Below are positions 34,875-46,093 of a DNA stretch of 64,000 bases, in pieces; positions within the stretch are counted from its first letter, which is position 1, and every line of letters starts with the position of its first letter. The stretch covers positions 62,001 to 126,000 of the forward strand of contig WELA01001776.1 in NCBI GenBank assembly GCA_009602735.1, given 5' to 3'. Both the position numbers and the translations under genes were made by a program. This DNA comes from Mesotaenium endlicherianum. Its lineage: Eukaryota. The notes under the pieces are model-generated. The model saw only the letters and a program-made list of their open reading frames with translations. It ran no database searches and was not told the DNA's origin.

Positions 34875-35810
34875 CTGGAAGCACATCATGATCTTCAAGA
34901 GTAGTCCTATGGCAGGGGATATAAGCTGTGACTTTGCTCACCACTTGTGAAGTTCCTCTAGTGAGTGGAAGCCAGCAAGGCTTGCTCTTCACAAGAGAGA
35001 GACTAAGTGGTCCTGAAAACACAAGAGATAAAAGTGTAAGCTTTACTGATAATCTCTGTGACTTACAACTGGCATAATGGGACCTCTAAAAAGATGTTCC
35101 TCTAGGGACATCTCTAGCACTTATACTCCTCAAAACCCGGCGTCGTATGCGGCGGATCCAATGCATGTAGTCACTCTAGGAGGCTCTCCTATGTCCACTA
35201 ATGTGTACAAGGCATGTACTAGCACTCCTATAGGCTAAGCATAATTCAAACCAATCAAAGCAAAGCACGTAAAATATGCTAAGTGTCTCTCATTGGTGGA
35301 GCTTCCCTTGGGTAGTTCTACCTAGACAGCGCCTCAAAAGTGAATATGAAACTTGAGGAAGCCTCCTCTAGAAGTAGGTGATGCAATCATCAAGTTATAG
35401 CCTCAATGATGCACTTATACTGTGGAAATGCAAGACTTATGTAGTCTAAAGGGCTTGCGGACTTGTGCGCACAAAGCTAGGGGTCCTTGGGGTCACGAAT
35501 AGTCAACATTGTCACCTTTGGGTGCATTGAGTCACAAGTTGGCCATTTGGTGTGATTNAGTGTGATTCCGCTCGGTGCCGAAAGGAGTGCGGACTAGATC
35601 GCGTCTATCTCGCTCGATAATTAACCAAATGACGCGAAACCGGTGCCATTCGGAAGATGCTTCGATGCACTACACTTTGGTGACTCGAAAATCTAGAGAA
35701 GGTCAACATATGGATGCGTAAAGTCAATGCAAAGTTGGTCTTCCTAGGTTGATGGTTCACTCACGTAGAGCTTGGTTTTGAACGTCAACCTCGACTTAAT
35801 AACCTAGACA
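34875..35810 (-). repeat. Element C repeat A1 (element 5' terminus)
   Basis: Copy of 22866-23792 with no adjacent B segment. Confidence 0.93.
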
Positions 35811-36407
35811 CTAGCATCAATAATGCAATCAGTAAAACTCATACATAAGCAAGGTTAGAAGACAGTGCGTATCAATGGCTTCTCGCCTTGGATTCAGATC
35901 TCTCTCAGTAAGCTGTACAAGAGAGTTGGCCTCGTTTCCGAATGCCGAACTCGAGAGTAATGCCTAGCATATGTACATGGAATGAGTTTACTGTTCAACG
36001 GCCAGTGCGATGACACCGCCTACCCGGGAGTTAACCACGTTGGTAGGACCTCGGTTAACCAAATCCACCGCNAGACCTCGGTTAACCAAATTTACCGCCA
36101 TCTCCCATCATCCCGAATTACCATCCATCATAGGGATGTCATCTGGCCATTCATCTAGCATATCACACTTAGATGCATATCGAGGCAGTTCGTTGCTACC
36201 GAGTACGGAAGTCAGCTGGTTGTCAAAGAATGTGTCAGCAAGCTGACTTAAGTTGACTTCAGCCTGCTGCTTCCGGCTGAGTCATTAAACTGATATTAAA
36301 TATGAAGTCTAGAAGGCTGATTAACAACTAGAATTCAATAGGCTGAACTTTAATAACTATTATATTTAAATGAATATTATATCTACTAATATACTGATTT
36401 CTTTACA
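35811..36407 (-). repeat. Remainder of the A3 3' LTR
   Basis: Resumes the family A LTR at CTAGCATCAA, ends TTTACA and is followed by the PPT complement. Confidence 0.93.
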
Positions 36408-36521
36408 ATCCCTCCAACTTAACTTGTTGTCGCCTCGACAACATTAATCTACAGAAGTCTTAAATAAGGGAACTGAACGTGACCAGCCTCTCCCACTAGT
36501 TGCCCCCTTTCAGCCTGTCAC

Positions 36522-39382
36522 CTAGGGGGTTGTTCCTGGGTGAAATGAATCTTGCTTATTCAAGATTAATACATTTCGTTTAAATATAAAAGATCAGAGA
36601 TAGGTGGAAGCGTGTGAAATCAGGGAGCGATCTTTGCCCTTACAATGAATTCCGTTTTTACTCATCTACACCCCTTGACTCATTTACCGTAGTGTGCCAT
36701 AGTTGCACACTAACACGAGGCACAAGTAAGAGGCGAGCTTGAGGACTTGAGCTTCTCCTTTAGAAACTCATGGCCTCTTGCCTACCAGGCATGCAAGCAT
36801 GTATATCACAAGCACAACATCAGGGGACTGAATAGCAAAGGCGTTCTCATTCAGGTGACCATAATGTAGCTAAAACACATCCCACTGACTTAGGTGCAAA
36901 ACCATGGAATCTGTCCGCTGTGTGACCCCGAAATGTTAGAGGGCATAACTCTGCCAATACTATTTCAAATTGAGCAAACTGAACGGCAACGAATGCATCT
37001 TGACGAGACCTTTTCGAAAAGTTCTAGTTCGCTCCATTTGGAGCGCAGACGAAGCAACCATGTCAATTTCCGTGAAGGCTGGTCATTAGTAGTAGAAATC
37101 CGACTGTAAAGCCTACTGTCCAGAATGAGGGACCACGAGATCCCAGCCTGCTGTGTACCTAGTGACCACCTGGTTGACCACGGCGCAAGGTGCGCCGTTT
37201 CGTGGGAAACCCGTTAAGTTGGGACCCACGGATCTAGGTTTAACGACCATATTAATGGGTCGGTTGACTGAAGTCCTAATAGTTCAGTTGACTGACGACG
37301 GCTCCGCCCACCCAGGAGTTAACCACACTGGTAGGACATCGGTCTATCGAATCTCAGTCGACCTTCCGACTTTCAGTATACTACGGTCACATGTGCCAAT
37401 CTACAAACAATAATCTAAATGAATGTATCTATCCTCGGCGTACTGAAGCTAAGTATAGTGACTAATATCAAGCGAGCTTACTATATGTCAACCTACCGAT
37501 ATTACATCCTATATATAGCTGATATATAATTCTTAGCAAGCTACACTGTGATACAAAAGTCATCCTGCTGACCTTTTTGACAAAGTAAATAAACTTGTAT
37601 TACATCGACATACATTCATGTAAATGAACTCGCGCATGTAAGTATATTGACGTAATACTTATTTGGTGTTGTATTTATACATGCAATTAATTAAATAAAT
37701 AATGAACTGATTCATTACACTGGGGCTTCAAGATCAGGAGATTGAGATCTGGACCTAGATCTGGACAGCCCTCTAGGTCTGTCAGCTGGCCTTCTAAAGA
37801 ACCCCGTTTGTTCTAAAGTTGGACCTCGAGGAGAACGAAGGATGGTAGCCTGCTCTTCACTCACTTGGGTATTGATCCCCACATAGACAGGCATTCCAGT
37901 AGGATGCTGAAATACATTGGCAAGAGGTACATGTCCTTGAGCAAAGGGGGAGACCGGCATACCTCTGGCCACCCCGCGTGGCCCTCTTCTGAAACCCCTG
38001 TCCTCTGGGGATTTATGCCTGTGTCTGCTGCCAAGTACAGTCAGATCAGCTTCTTAACCTGCTTGGGCAGGTTGGCTGGGGGAGCAAGTGCGGGGTCCAG
38101 TTGCCTCCATGACCGGGATCACGTTCCATATACCCGATCTTGGTTCCTTAGGAAGTGCCCCTGCCTACCCCTGGGTCTCCTGAGTACCAGCTCCTGATAC
38201 TTCTCCTCTGCCTTGTTCTTCTTCCTCATCCCCCTCATCCTCCTCCTCTGAGAGAGTAGAAGTCTCGTCAACTAAGTCGTCCTGCTCTCGGGTAGACATG
38301 GAGTAGTCTACTGACCTCCCTTTCTTAGGGCGCGCTGGAGGTTGTTTGGCCTTCAGCCTGCTGATATCTATCCGGCCTGCATTCTTCGCCCATTTGACAA
38401 AGGCATGCTTTTCCTTAGAGAAGTAGTCGCTCCCCCTCCTCCTGTGCTCTTTGGTCTCTGCATTCATATTGCTCAGGCAGCCATTCAGCCTGGGATCCCA
38501 AGGAGCAATGTGAGGTGGTAGGATGAGGTAGCCGTCTAAGTCATAGTGGAAATCATCGGGTTGGGCTCGGTCACACTCGTGCTTTTTGTTTGTGACGGTC
38601 ATCCACCTCCAAACTGTTGGGTGCTGGTAGTTTTGGGGTCCATGCTCAGCTTTTCTCAGTTTACATGGGAAGCAGTGGGGGAAGAACATCTGCTGTCTTG
38701 CTTCCCTGGCCAAGTACTCCCAGCTCCTTCTCTCAACTTCATTGTAAGCTGGCAATAGTGTGAGGTAGAATACCGTATCCTTAAAGCTATCGGGCCGCAT
38801 GCTCACCATCCTGATGAGTCTCTGATCCCCCACTATTCCCGGTATTGGGACTGGCTTGTTCTCTGAATCATCGGCAAGGTACCGGGCCTGCTCTGCTGTA
38901 TAGCCCACCATCTTGGCATAATCTTCGTAGAGGACCACACCAAAGTGTGTCTCGATGTACCTATCCAGTGCTGCAGCTCCTTCCCTCTGTAGCAGTGTTG
39001 TCTGTTCCAGCCTGTTGATCTCCTGGGCTGCCAGCAATGCTTCCTTCAGGTTATCGAAGTTTTGGCCACCCACCACAGTATACCTGTAAGTGGCCAAGCT
39101 CTTCTGCCTGTCCGCTTCAGCCTTTTTCCTTCTCTCCTCCTCTGCCGCTGCCGCTTCTTCTTGTTGTTTCTTCTGTCTCTCCTCCTCAGCTTTCCTGAGG
39201 TTTTCCGCTTCCTGATCCTTCTTCCTCTGTGCTTCTTCTGTCGCCTCTTGTTGTTTGCGGACCCTTTCTTGTTCTCTCCTGGTGAGGTATGTCGCCGCCA
39301 GCTCCTTCTGGTATTGCTCCATTGTCCTCCTGGCTTCTTCTGCCTTGCGCTTTCTGTCCTCCTTTTGTGTGGTGGGAGCCAT
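36522..39382 (-). pseudogene. A3 extra ORF of unknown function, interrupted by solo LTR D and in-frame stop(s)
   Basis: ORFs 38165-39406 and 37715-37972 are in one frame. Homologous to A2 5996-7660. Confidence 0.8.
36541..37719 (-). mobile_element. Solo LTR of a related family (D), 1179 bp
   Basis: TGAAATGAATC...GATTCATTACA termini as in family A. Perfect TSD CTGGG (36536-36540 / 37720-37724). No internal domain. Confidence 0.9.
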
Positions 39383-39788
39383 TTTGCACATGTAATCAGG
39401 GCACAAGTTAGTAGAATATTGGCCTTTGTCCTAGAAGTTGCAGGAAGGGAGTAAGTTCGTAGTAGAATGGTGTATTTGTTCCTGTTTACCTTACAGGGTG
39501 CTTGCTAGGAGTTGACGTAGTTGCGATGCGCTAGACATAAACATATGAATGTGTTTACAAGTGTGGTCAGTGATGTATGGCTGTGCGAGGCCCTTTTTTT
39601 CCTTCAGCTAAAGGTGCTTTATGTAGGCCAGGCTGTCCCCTCTGTCACTATGTTGACACTTAGGGTTCACATAACTGTCCCTAACTATCCCTTTTTTGCT
39701 CTCGCACACTAACTGTCATATATTTTCCCCTCCGACTTAAATGGAGACAGGACCTCTTGTCACCTTCCCGTGTCAACTGAAATGACTG

Positions 39789-42700
39789 TTAGGGAGGTGC
39801 TCCAGTCGTTCGAAGGTGGAACCATTTCAACGCCCCTTTGGCATTAGTCAAATGGTCTTTAAATTCCCAAGTGTCCCCAGAGGCATCGTAACCCTTCCAT
39901 CGAATGAGGTACTTCATGACATATTTAGACGATCGACGGACCGAGCGCGCGTCTAAAATCTCCTCAACCTCATATTCCTCAGGGTCGCCGTCCCGGACAG
40001 CGGGGATCGGTCCCGGATGGACAGGTAACCGACCTGTGAACAGTGTATCACCTTTGATATAGGGTTCCAGGAAGGAGACATTAAAGACCAGATGACCCTT
40101 GTATTCGGCTGACATGTTCAGTTTGTAAGCATTCTTATCGACACGACGCACCACCAAATAAGGACCAACCCAGACAGGGCCAAGCTTTTTCTTGACCACA
40201 CCAGGGAGGTACAGGTGCTGAGAATGCAGTTTGACCAAATCGCCTGTATAAAAGGTCAGTTCTCGACGGTTCTGATTAGCGTACTTTTGTTGGTTTTCTT
40301 GGGCTCTGTGCAAGTTCTGCTGGACTTCTGACAGGGTGTCAGCAAACTCCTGAGTTAACTGGAGGGAGATCGGATTGTCAATCCCTTCAGGGTGAGTTAA
40401 AGAGTCCCCTAGGACATCTGAGACTTAGGGACTCTACCCAGGCTTAGTTTAAAAGGAGTCTTGCCCGTTGACGCGTGCACCGCACTGTTGATCGCAAACT
40501 GGAATTGAGGTGACAGGTCATCCCAATATCTTGTTTCTGGTTAATATAGGCTCTCAGTACCTCTTGCGGAACTCGGTTAGTTCTCTCAGTCTGCCCATCA
40601 GTCTGAGGGTGGTTTGCTGTGCTGAGCAGCTGTTTGACTCCCATTAATCCCATTAAAGCCCTCCAGAACTTAGAGGTAAATTTTGAGTCTCTGTCTGAGA
40701 TGATATTAGAGGGTAGCCTATGTTGGCATACTACATGGTTGTAGAACTGTCTCGCTGTTTCAAGTGCAGTTACTTTGACAGTTGTGGGGACAAAACTGAC
40801 CATTTTTGTCAGTTTATCCACGACTACCAGTATCGAATCATGCCCATTGGCAGTTCGTGGCAGTGTGACCACCCAGTCCATGGATATTGTTTCCCAGCGG
40901 CCAGCTGGGATGGACAGTGATTGTAAGAGGCCCCCCGGTAATGTGTGCCTAGACTTATTCTTTTGACACTGGTCACAGGACTTAACGTACTTCAAGACCT
41001 CCCGAGGTAATCCCTCCCAATAATAATGTTTTGCCAGTTTGCCAACAGTTTTGGCCTTCCCCAAATGCCCACCCAGCAAACTGTCATGTGCTTGACTCAA
41101 TAAAAGGGACCTTATTTCCAAGTTATTAGGAATGACCAGCTTCAGCCTGCCTGAAGTGGTTTCAGTCACCCAGACTCCTCCCTTAAGCTTATACCCGAGT
41201 GCAGTAGCACGACACATACCAGTAGTGGGGCTGGGCCCAAATGTTGGGTCAGAAAGGTAGGCTTTCCTAGATTGTTCAAGGAAGGACTTTTTCACCTTTA
41301 GTGAATTGAGTGCACACAGGTCTTTATCTAGAGCATGCTGACTAAAGTTCCTTTCTTGCAAATCAGGTCTTCTAGAGAGTGCATCAGCAGGATTCAACTT
41401 CACTGGTTTGTAGTCGATCTGGACTTGAAATTGCTCCAGCATCTAGCTCCAGCGGTTCTCACTCCTTGACTGCTTGGACTTCTTCTGAAAGTGAGTCAGA
41501 GCTAGATGATCTGTAATCACCTTAAAAGCTTTACCATGTAAGTATGCTCTCCACTGTTTGAGTACATGAATGATAGCTAGCAACTCTTTATCATGCACTG
41601 AGTAATTAATCTCCGCTGGATTAAATTTCATAGACTCATACAACACAGGATGCCACTCCTGCCGTACCTTACCATCCTTTGTGGTGTTGTCAGCAGGCTG
41701 CAACAAAATAGCACCCATGGCAAAGTCAAAGGCATCCGTAACCACCTGTACCGGTTTGCTGGGGTCATACACGGCTAGCACTGGGGCAAAACAAAGAGCA
41801 CCTTTAAGGGTCTGGAAGGCCGCCTGCTGCTCTTCCCCCCACACACACCCTATGTCTTTCTTAGTAAGGTCAGTCAGTTTACTGGCCTTTGTGGAATAAT
41901 TCTCAATAAATCTCCTATAGTAGTTAGCCAACCCGAGGAAGGATCTAACTTCAGAGACAGACTGTGGTACTGGCCAATCCCTTATGGTCTGGACTTTCTT
42001 AGGATCCACACTAATGCCTTCTTTACTGACAACATGGCCTAAGAATTCAATAGTTTCTTTAAAGAAATCACCCTTGCTCATTTTAGCATATAAGTGATTT
42101 TTTCTCAGAGTGTCCAAGACTGTCTTTAAGTGTTCAGCGTGCTGAGCTTCATCTTTAGAGAAAATTTAATATCATCCAGGAAAACTTGCACAAACTTATC
42201 CAAATAAGGTATGAAAATGTCATTCATAGCACCCATGAAGGTGGCAGGAGCATTAGTCAGTCCAAATAGCATCACGTTGAACTCATAGTGTCCATAACGT
42301 GTGCGGAAGGCAGTCTTGTGTTCATCCCCCTCAGCAATTCTGATCTGATGATAACCACTCTTGAGATCTATCTTACTGAACACCTTAGCACCAGACAGGG
42401 TATCAAGCAAGTCTTCGATCCTAGGTAAAGCATCCTTGTTCTTTACTGTAATTCTGTTCAGAGCTCTGTGATCCATACACATGTGCATACTGCCATCCTT
42501 TTTCTTAACAAATAGAATGGGTGCGCCGTAAGGTGATTTACTGGGAGAAATATAACCATTTTCCTCAAGCTCTGCTATCTGTGTTTTCAACTCCTCGCTC
42601 TCCACATAAGACAAGCCATATGTGCGTTGCCAGGGTGGTTGACTCTCAGGTAATAAATCAACCCTATGATCTACTTCACTCTTAGGGGGTAGTCCTGGAG

Positions 42701-43699
42701 GTATATTAAATACGTCCGTATACTGAGCAACCATTTTTGCAGCAATAGGGTGCTTCGGAGGGCTTACCTTTTTCTCAACCACTTTTTCAAGTTGAGGAGG
42801 TACCTCTCTTAGCAGCAGACAGAACATTCTGTCTTCCTTCTGGTTCCGGCTTTTGACGAACTCCATTCCATTCAGCAACTTGCATCCTTCTGGAAGCCTC
42901 TTCTTTTCCTTCAGTTGCCATCCACACAGGACAAGAGGAAGAGCACTGGTGGGTGCCAAGTTAGTCTGCCCATCACTGGCTCCTCTCACTTTAACTGTAC
43001 CTCTGCTCCAACATACTTCAACTTGATGTCTATTAAGCGAGGACCTGCCTAGCACGAGATCATAAAAGCCAGTGTTGAGTACCTCAAATGTAAGCATTTC
43101 AGTTAGAACTGCGATGCCAGAACCTAACTGGACCTCAATAGGCTTGGTTATAACTACTCCCGGGATACTTGAGGCATCTCCGAGGAATATTTTTCTATTC
43201 CCCTGGGTGACAGTAGGCAGCCTTAGCCGCTTAACTAAGTCCTTATGGATAAAAGTATGTGACGCCCCTCCGTCAACAAATGCCCTCACCTTCCTACCTG
43301 CAATCATGCAATGCAGTAGGATAGGGGGGACTGTCTTTTCCTGACTTTCGCATTGTTCTCCTGACNNNNNNNNNNNNNNNNNNNNNNNNNNNNNNNNNNN
43401 NNNNNNAACATCAGGTGGAACAAGAGCATNAGAGTGTGCACTCTCTGGACGTCTATATTGCTGATGGTCTCCTTTATCTGGTTGTCAGGCATGCATAGTG
43501 AATCCAGTTCAGCAGGACCCATAATACCTGCTACGAGGGCAGCTAGTGACGACTCACTATCTCTAGCATCCTCACAGTCAGTAGACTGGATTACTGACTG
43601 TTGCTGTCTTTTAAAGGTTGGTCTTTTCTCTCGACCTTCGGAGGGTGCTTGTCTGGACACTGCTCTCTGAAGTGACCTGGCTATTGGCAATAGAAACAA
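39789..43699 (-). pseudogene. pol: A3 pol (PR-RT-RH-IN-chromodomain), disrupted
   Basis: ORFs 42126-43307, 41443-42117, 40444-41442 and 39789-40313 (GPY and chromodomain). Confidence 0.94.
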
Positions 43700-45008
43700 A
43701 TCAATTTTGCTGAGGCTAGTCTCGGCTTAGTCTTACCACCACCTCTTTCATAGCCGCCTCGAGAGAAACCACCTCTTCCTTTAGAGTGCATAGCATTGTA
43801 CTCATACCCGTACTCATCACCCTGATCGTCCTTAGCCTGGTCTCTTTCAATTGCATTGTAGGAATCGTGGGGCTTTTTGACAACCTTAGACACCAAAGCA
43901 TTACTCTGGCGCTTGTGATTGAACTGCTGCAGATCCCAGGCATCAGCATCTTGGATCAAGTCAGCCAGTTTCTCATACTTCTTCTCAGCAAAATGACTAG
44001 AGACTTCGGATTTCAAGCCATACCTGAAGTATGCTATCCTATACTGTTCTGGCAAGTCTGGCTGTTTCATCATGTTCTCCTGGACCTTTTGAGCAAACTC
44101 AGCAACTGAAGTAGTCTGCTTCAGTGTCAGGGAGATCATCGCATGGATAGCTTTCTCCTGCTGGTTGATGACATCAAACTTCTCATGCAACTTCTCGACA
44201 AACTCTACCCAAGTAGGGTCACCGAGTTGCTGAGCCTTACGCTCTCCTTTCCAATATAGCCACCAGTCTGCGGCACTGCCTTTCAGTAGCGCATCGGTGT
44301 GCCTGACCTTCTCGTAATCTTGCAGCTCTGGGTAGTTCTCCAGCCACTGCTCAACATCCGCGAGAAACTTGATCAACAAATATTTTCTGTTTCCCTCAGG
44401 ATCATAGTCCTGGGGAGGTTTTGGCTTGGGCTTACTAGGCCCTCTGCCACCACCACCAGAGGTTTGAGACCCCAGTTGGTCTCTGTCCCGCAGTAGAGAC
44501 ATTATGATTCTTTTGTCCTCCTGTTGGGACTGATACATGGTCGCCATTTGCGACTTTATTGAATGAACAATGCTCCCAAGTCTACACACTGGGATGGTAG
44601 TCTAGCCTCAACAGTCCCTCTCGCTCCTGCAGCAGCAGCCGGTCACGTATTTGACCTAGGGGTACATTGAGTTGTACAGCAGGAGGTGGGTTCAGAACAT
44701 TGGCCCTTGGATGCCATAAGTTCTTCAACCGTGCGCGCGTCCGCGGGCTGTCCTTCCCTCCCTTCTGTATCTACAGCAGCCTTTGCTAATTGTTCAGCTA
44801 ATTTGGCTCTCTGCTCCTCAGCTTGCTGTGCTGCAACTGCGGCAATAGCAGCTGCCTCATCTGCAGCCTCTCTAGCTGTAGTATCTGCCACTGTTTCAGA
44901 ATAGGTACGGATTCCCGCTACATGGCTTTCCGCCTAGTTTTCGACATTCTCGTTATCCTGGTTCTCCATGTCTCGAGAGTTGCTAGTTTGAGACCTTGTC
45001 CTTACCAT
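43547..45008 (-). pseudogene. gag: A3 gag, disrupted
   Basis: ORF 43681-44589 plus upstream fragments. Premature stop inside the zinc knuckle. Confidence 0.9.
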
Positions 45009-45042
45009 ACAAAGAAGACTGTGATAACTGCTCCGATACCAC

Positions 45043-45762
45043 TGAAATGAATCGACTTACCAAATAGGCAATTGACAATTAATAAAGATCTTTACATCAG
45101 CAAGTAATCTTTAGGGTGTTTTCCGTTAACTGGTTCAACGGCAAAAGGACAACACACTAGCAGTGAACAATTCTCTAGTCAAATGCGAGTAAACTAGCAT
45201 CAACAATGCAATCAGTAAAACTCATACATAAGCAAGGTTAGAAGACAGTGCGTATCAATGGCTTCTCGCCTTGGATTCAGATCTCTCTCAGTAAGATGTA
45301 CAAGAGAGTTGGCCTCGTTTCCAAATGCCAAACTCGAGAGCAATGCCTAGCATATGTACATGGAATGAGTTTACTGTTCAACGGCCAGTGCGATGGCACC
45401 GCCTACCCAGGAGTTAACCACGTTGGTAGGACCTCGGTTAACCAAATCCACCGCCATCTTTCATCATCCCGAATTGCCATCCATCATAGGGATGTCATCT
45501 GGCCATTCATCTAGCATATCACACTTAGATGCATATCGAGGCAATTCGCTGCTACCGAGTACGGAAATCAGCTGGCTGTCAAAGAACGTGTCAGCAAGCT
45601 GACTTAAGTTGACTTCAGCCTGTTGCTTCCGGCTGAGTCATTAAATTGGTATTAAATATGAAGTCCAGCAGGCTGATTAACAACTAGAATTCAGTAGGCT
45701 GAGCTGTAATAACTATTATATTTAAATGAATATTATATCTACTAATATACTGATTTATTACA
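45043..45762 (-). repeat. 5' LTR of A3
   Basis: Family A LTR with adjacent PBS, followed by the TSD. Confidence 0.95.
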
Positions 45763-45767
45763 GTGGT

Positions 45768-46093
45768 GCAGCCCGTGCACTTTCTTTTTAGTAGAAGATT
45801 GAAATTCAGTCTTTGGTATTGTCCAAAACTTAGTTACAGTATCTACGAGTGGCGTGGCGACCGAAGATTCTCCCACAAGCTTTATGCAGACTGACATCTA
45901 AGCAACATTCAGCATCAGCGTGCCAAACACTCGGCGCTAAATGTACTTATGTGTCTTTGGCTGTGCGTTGCCAAAAGTCGACATCGAACTCAAACAGACT
46001 GGTGTTTAAATCACGGGTGCCACGCCTACTGCTGAAGCAAATGAGGAAGGTCCCGTCTGTCTTTGTTTGGTACTAGGTAGTCACCTGCCATGG
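45768..46093 (-). mobile_element. Family-C relic, right part (continues 21495-22575 across the A3 insertion)
   Basis: AAGTGGT|GCAGCCCGTGCAC rejoins to match C gag AAGTGGTGCAGCTCGTACAC (~34202). GTCACCTGCCATGG matches ~34549. Confidence 0.72.

Larger units (their letters stand above)
22731..35810 (-). mobile_element. Element C: Gypsy-type retrotransposon encoding a cytosine methyltransferase and a PHD finger, with split direct repeats
   Basis: TGTC...GACA termini. 4-bp TSD TTAG/CTAG (host LTR consensus CTAG) inside the A3 LTR. Gag-PR-MTase-RT-RH-IN-PHD. Confidence 0.93.
22576..45762 (-). mobile_element. Ty3/Gypsy chromovirus, family A, copy A3, full length, hosting element C and solo LTR D
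   Basis: Perfect TSD GTGGT (22571-22575 / 45763-45767). 3' LTR split into 22576-22730 and 35811-36407. 5' LTR 45043-45762. Confidence 0.95.
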
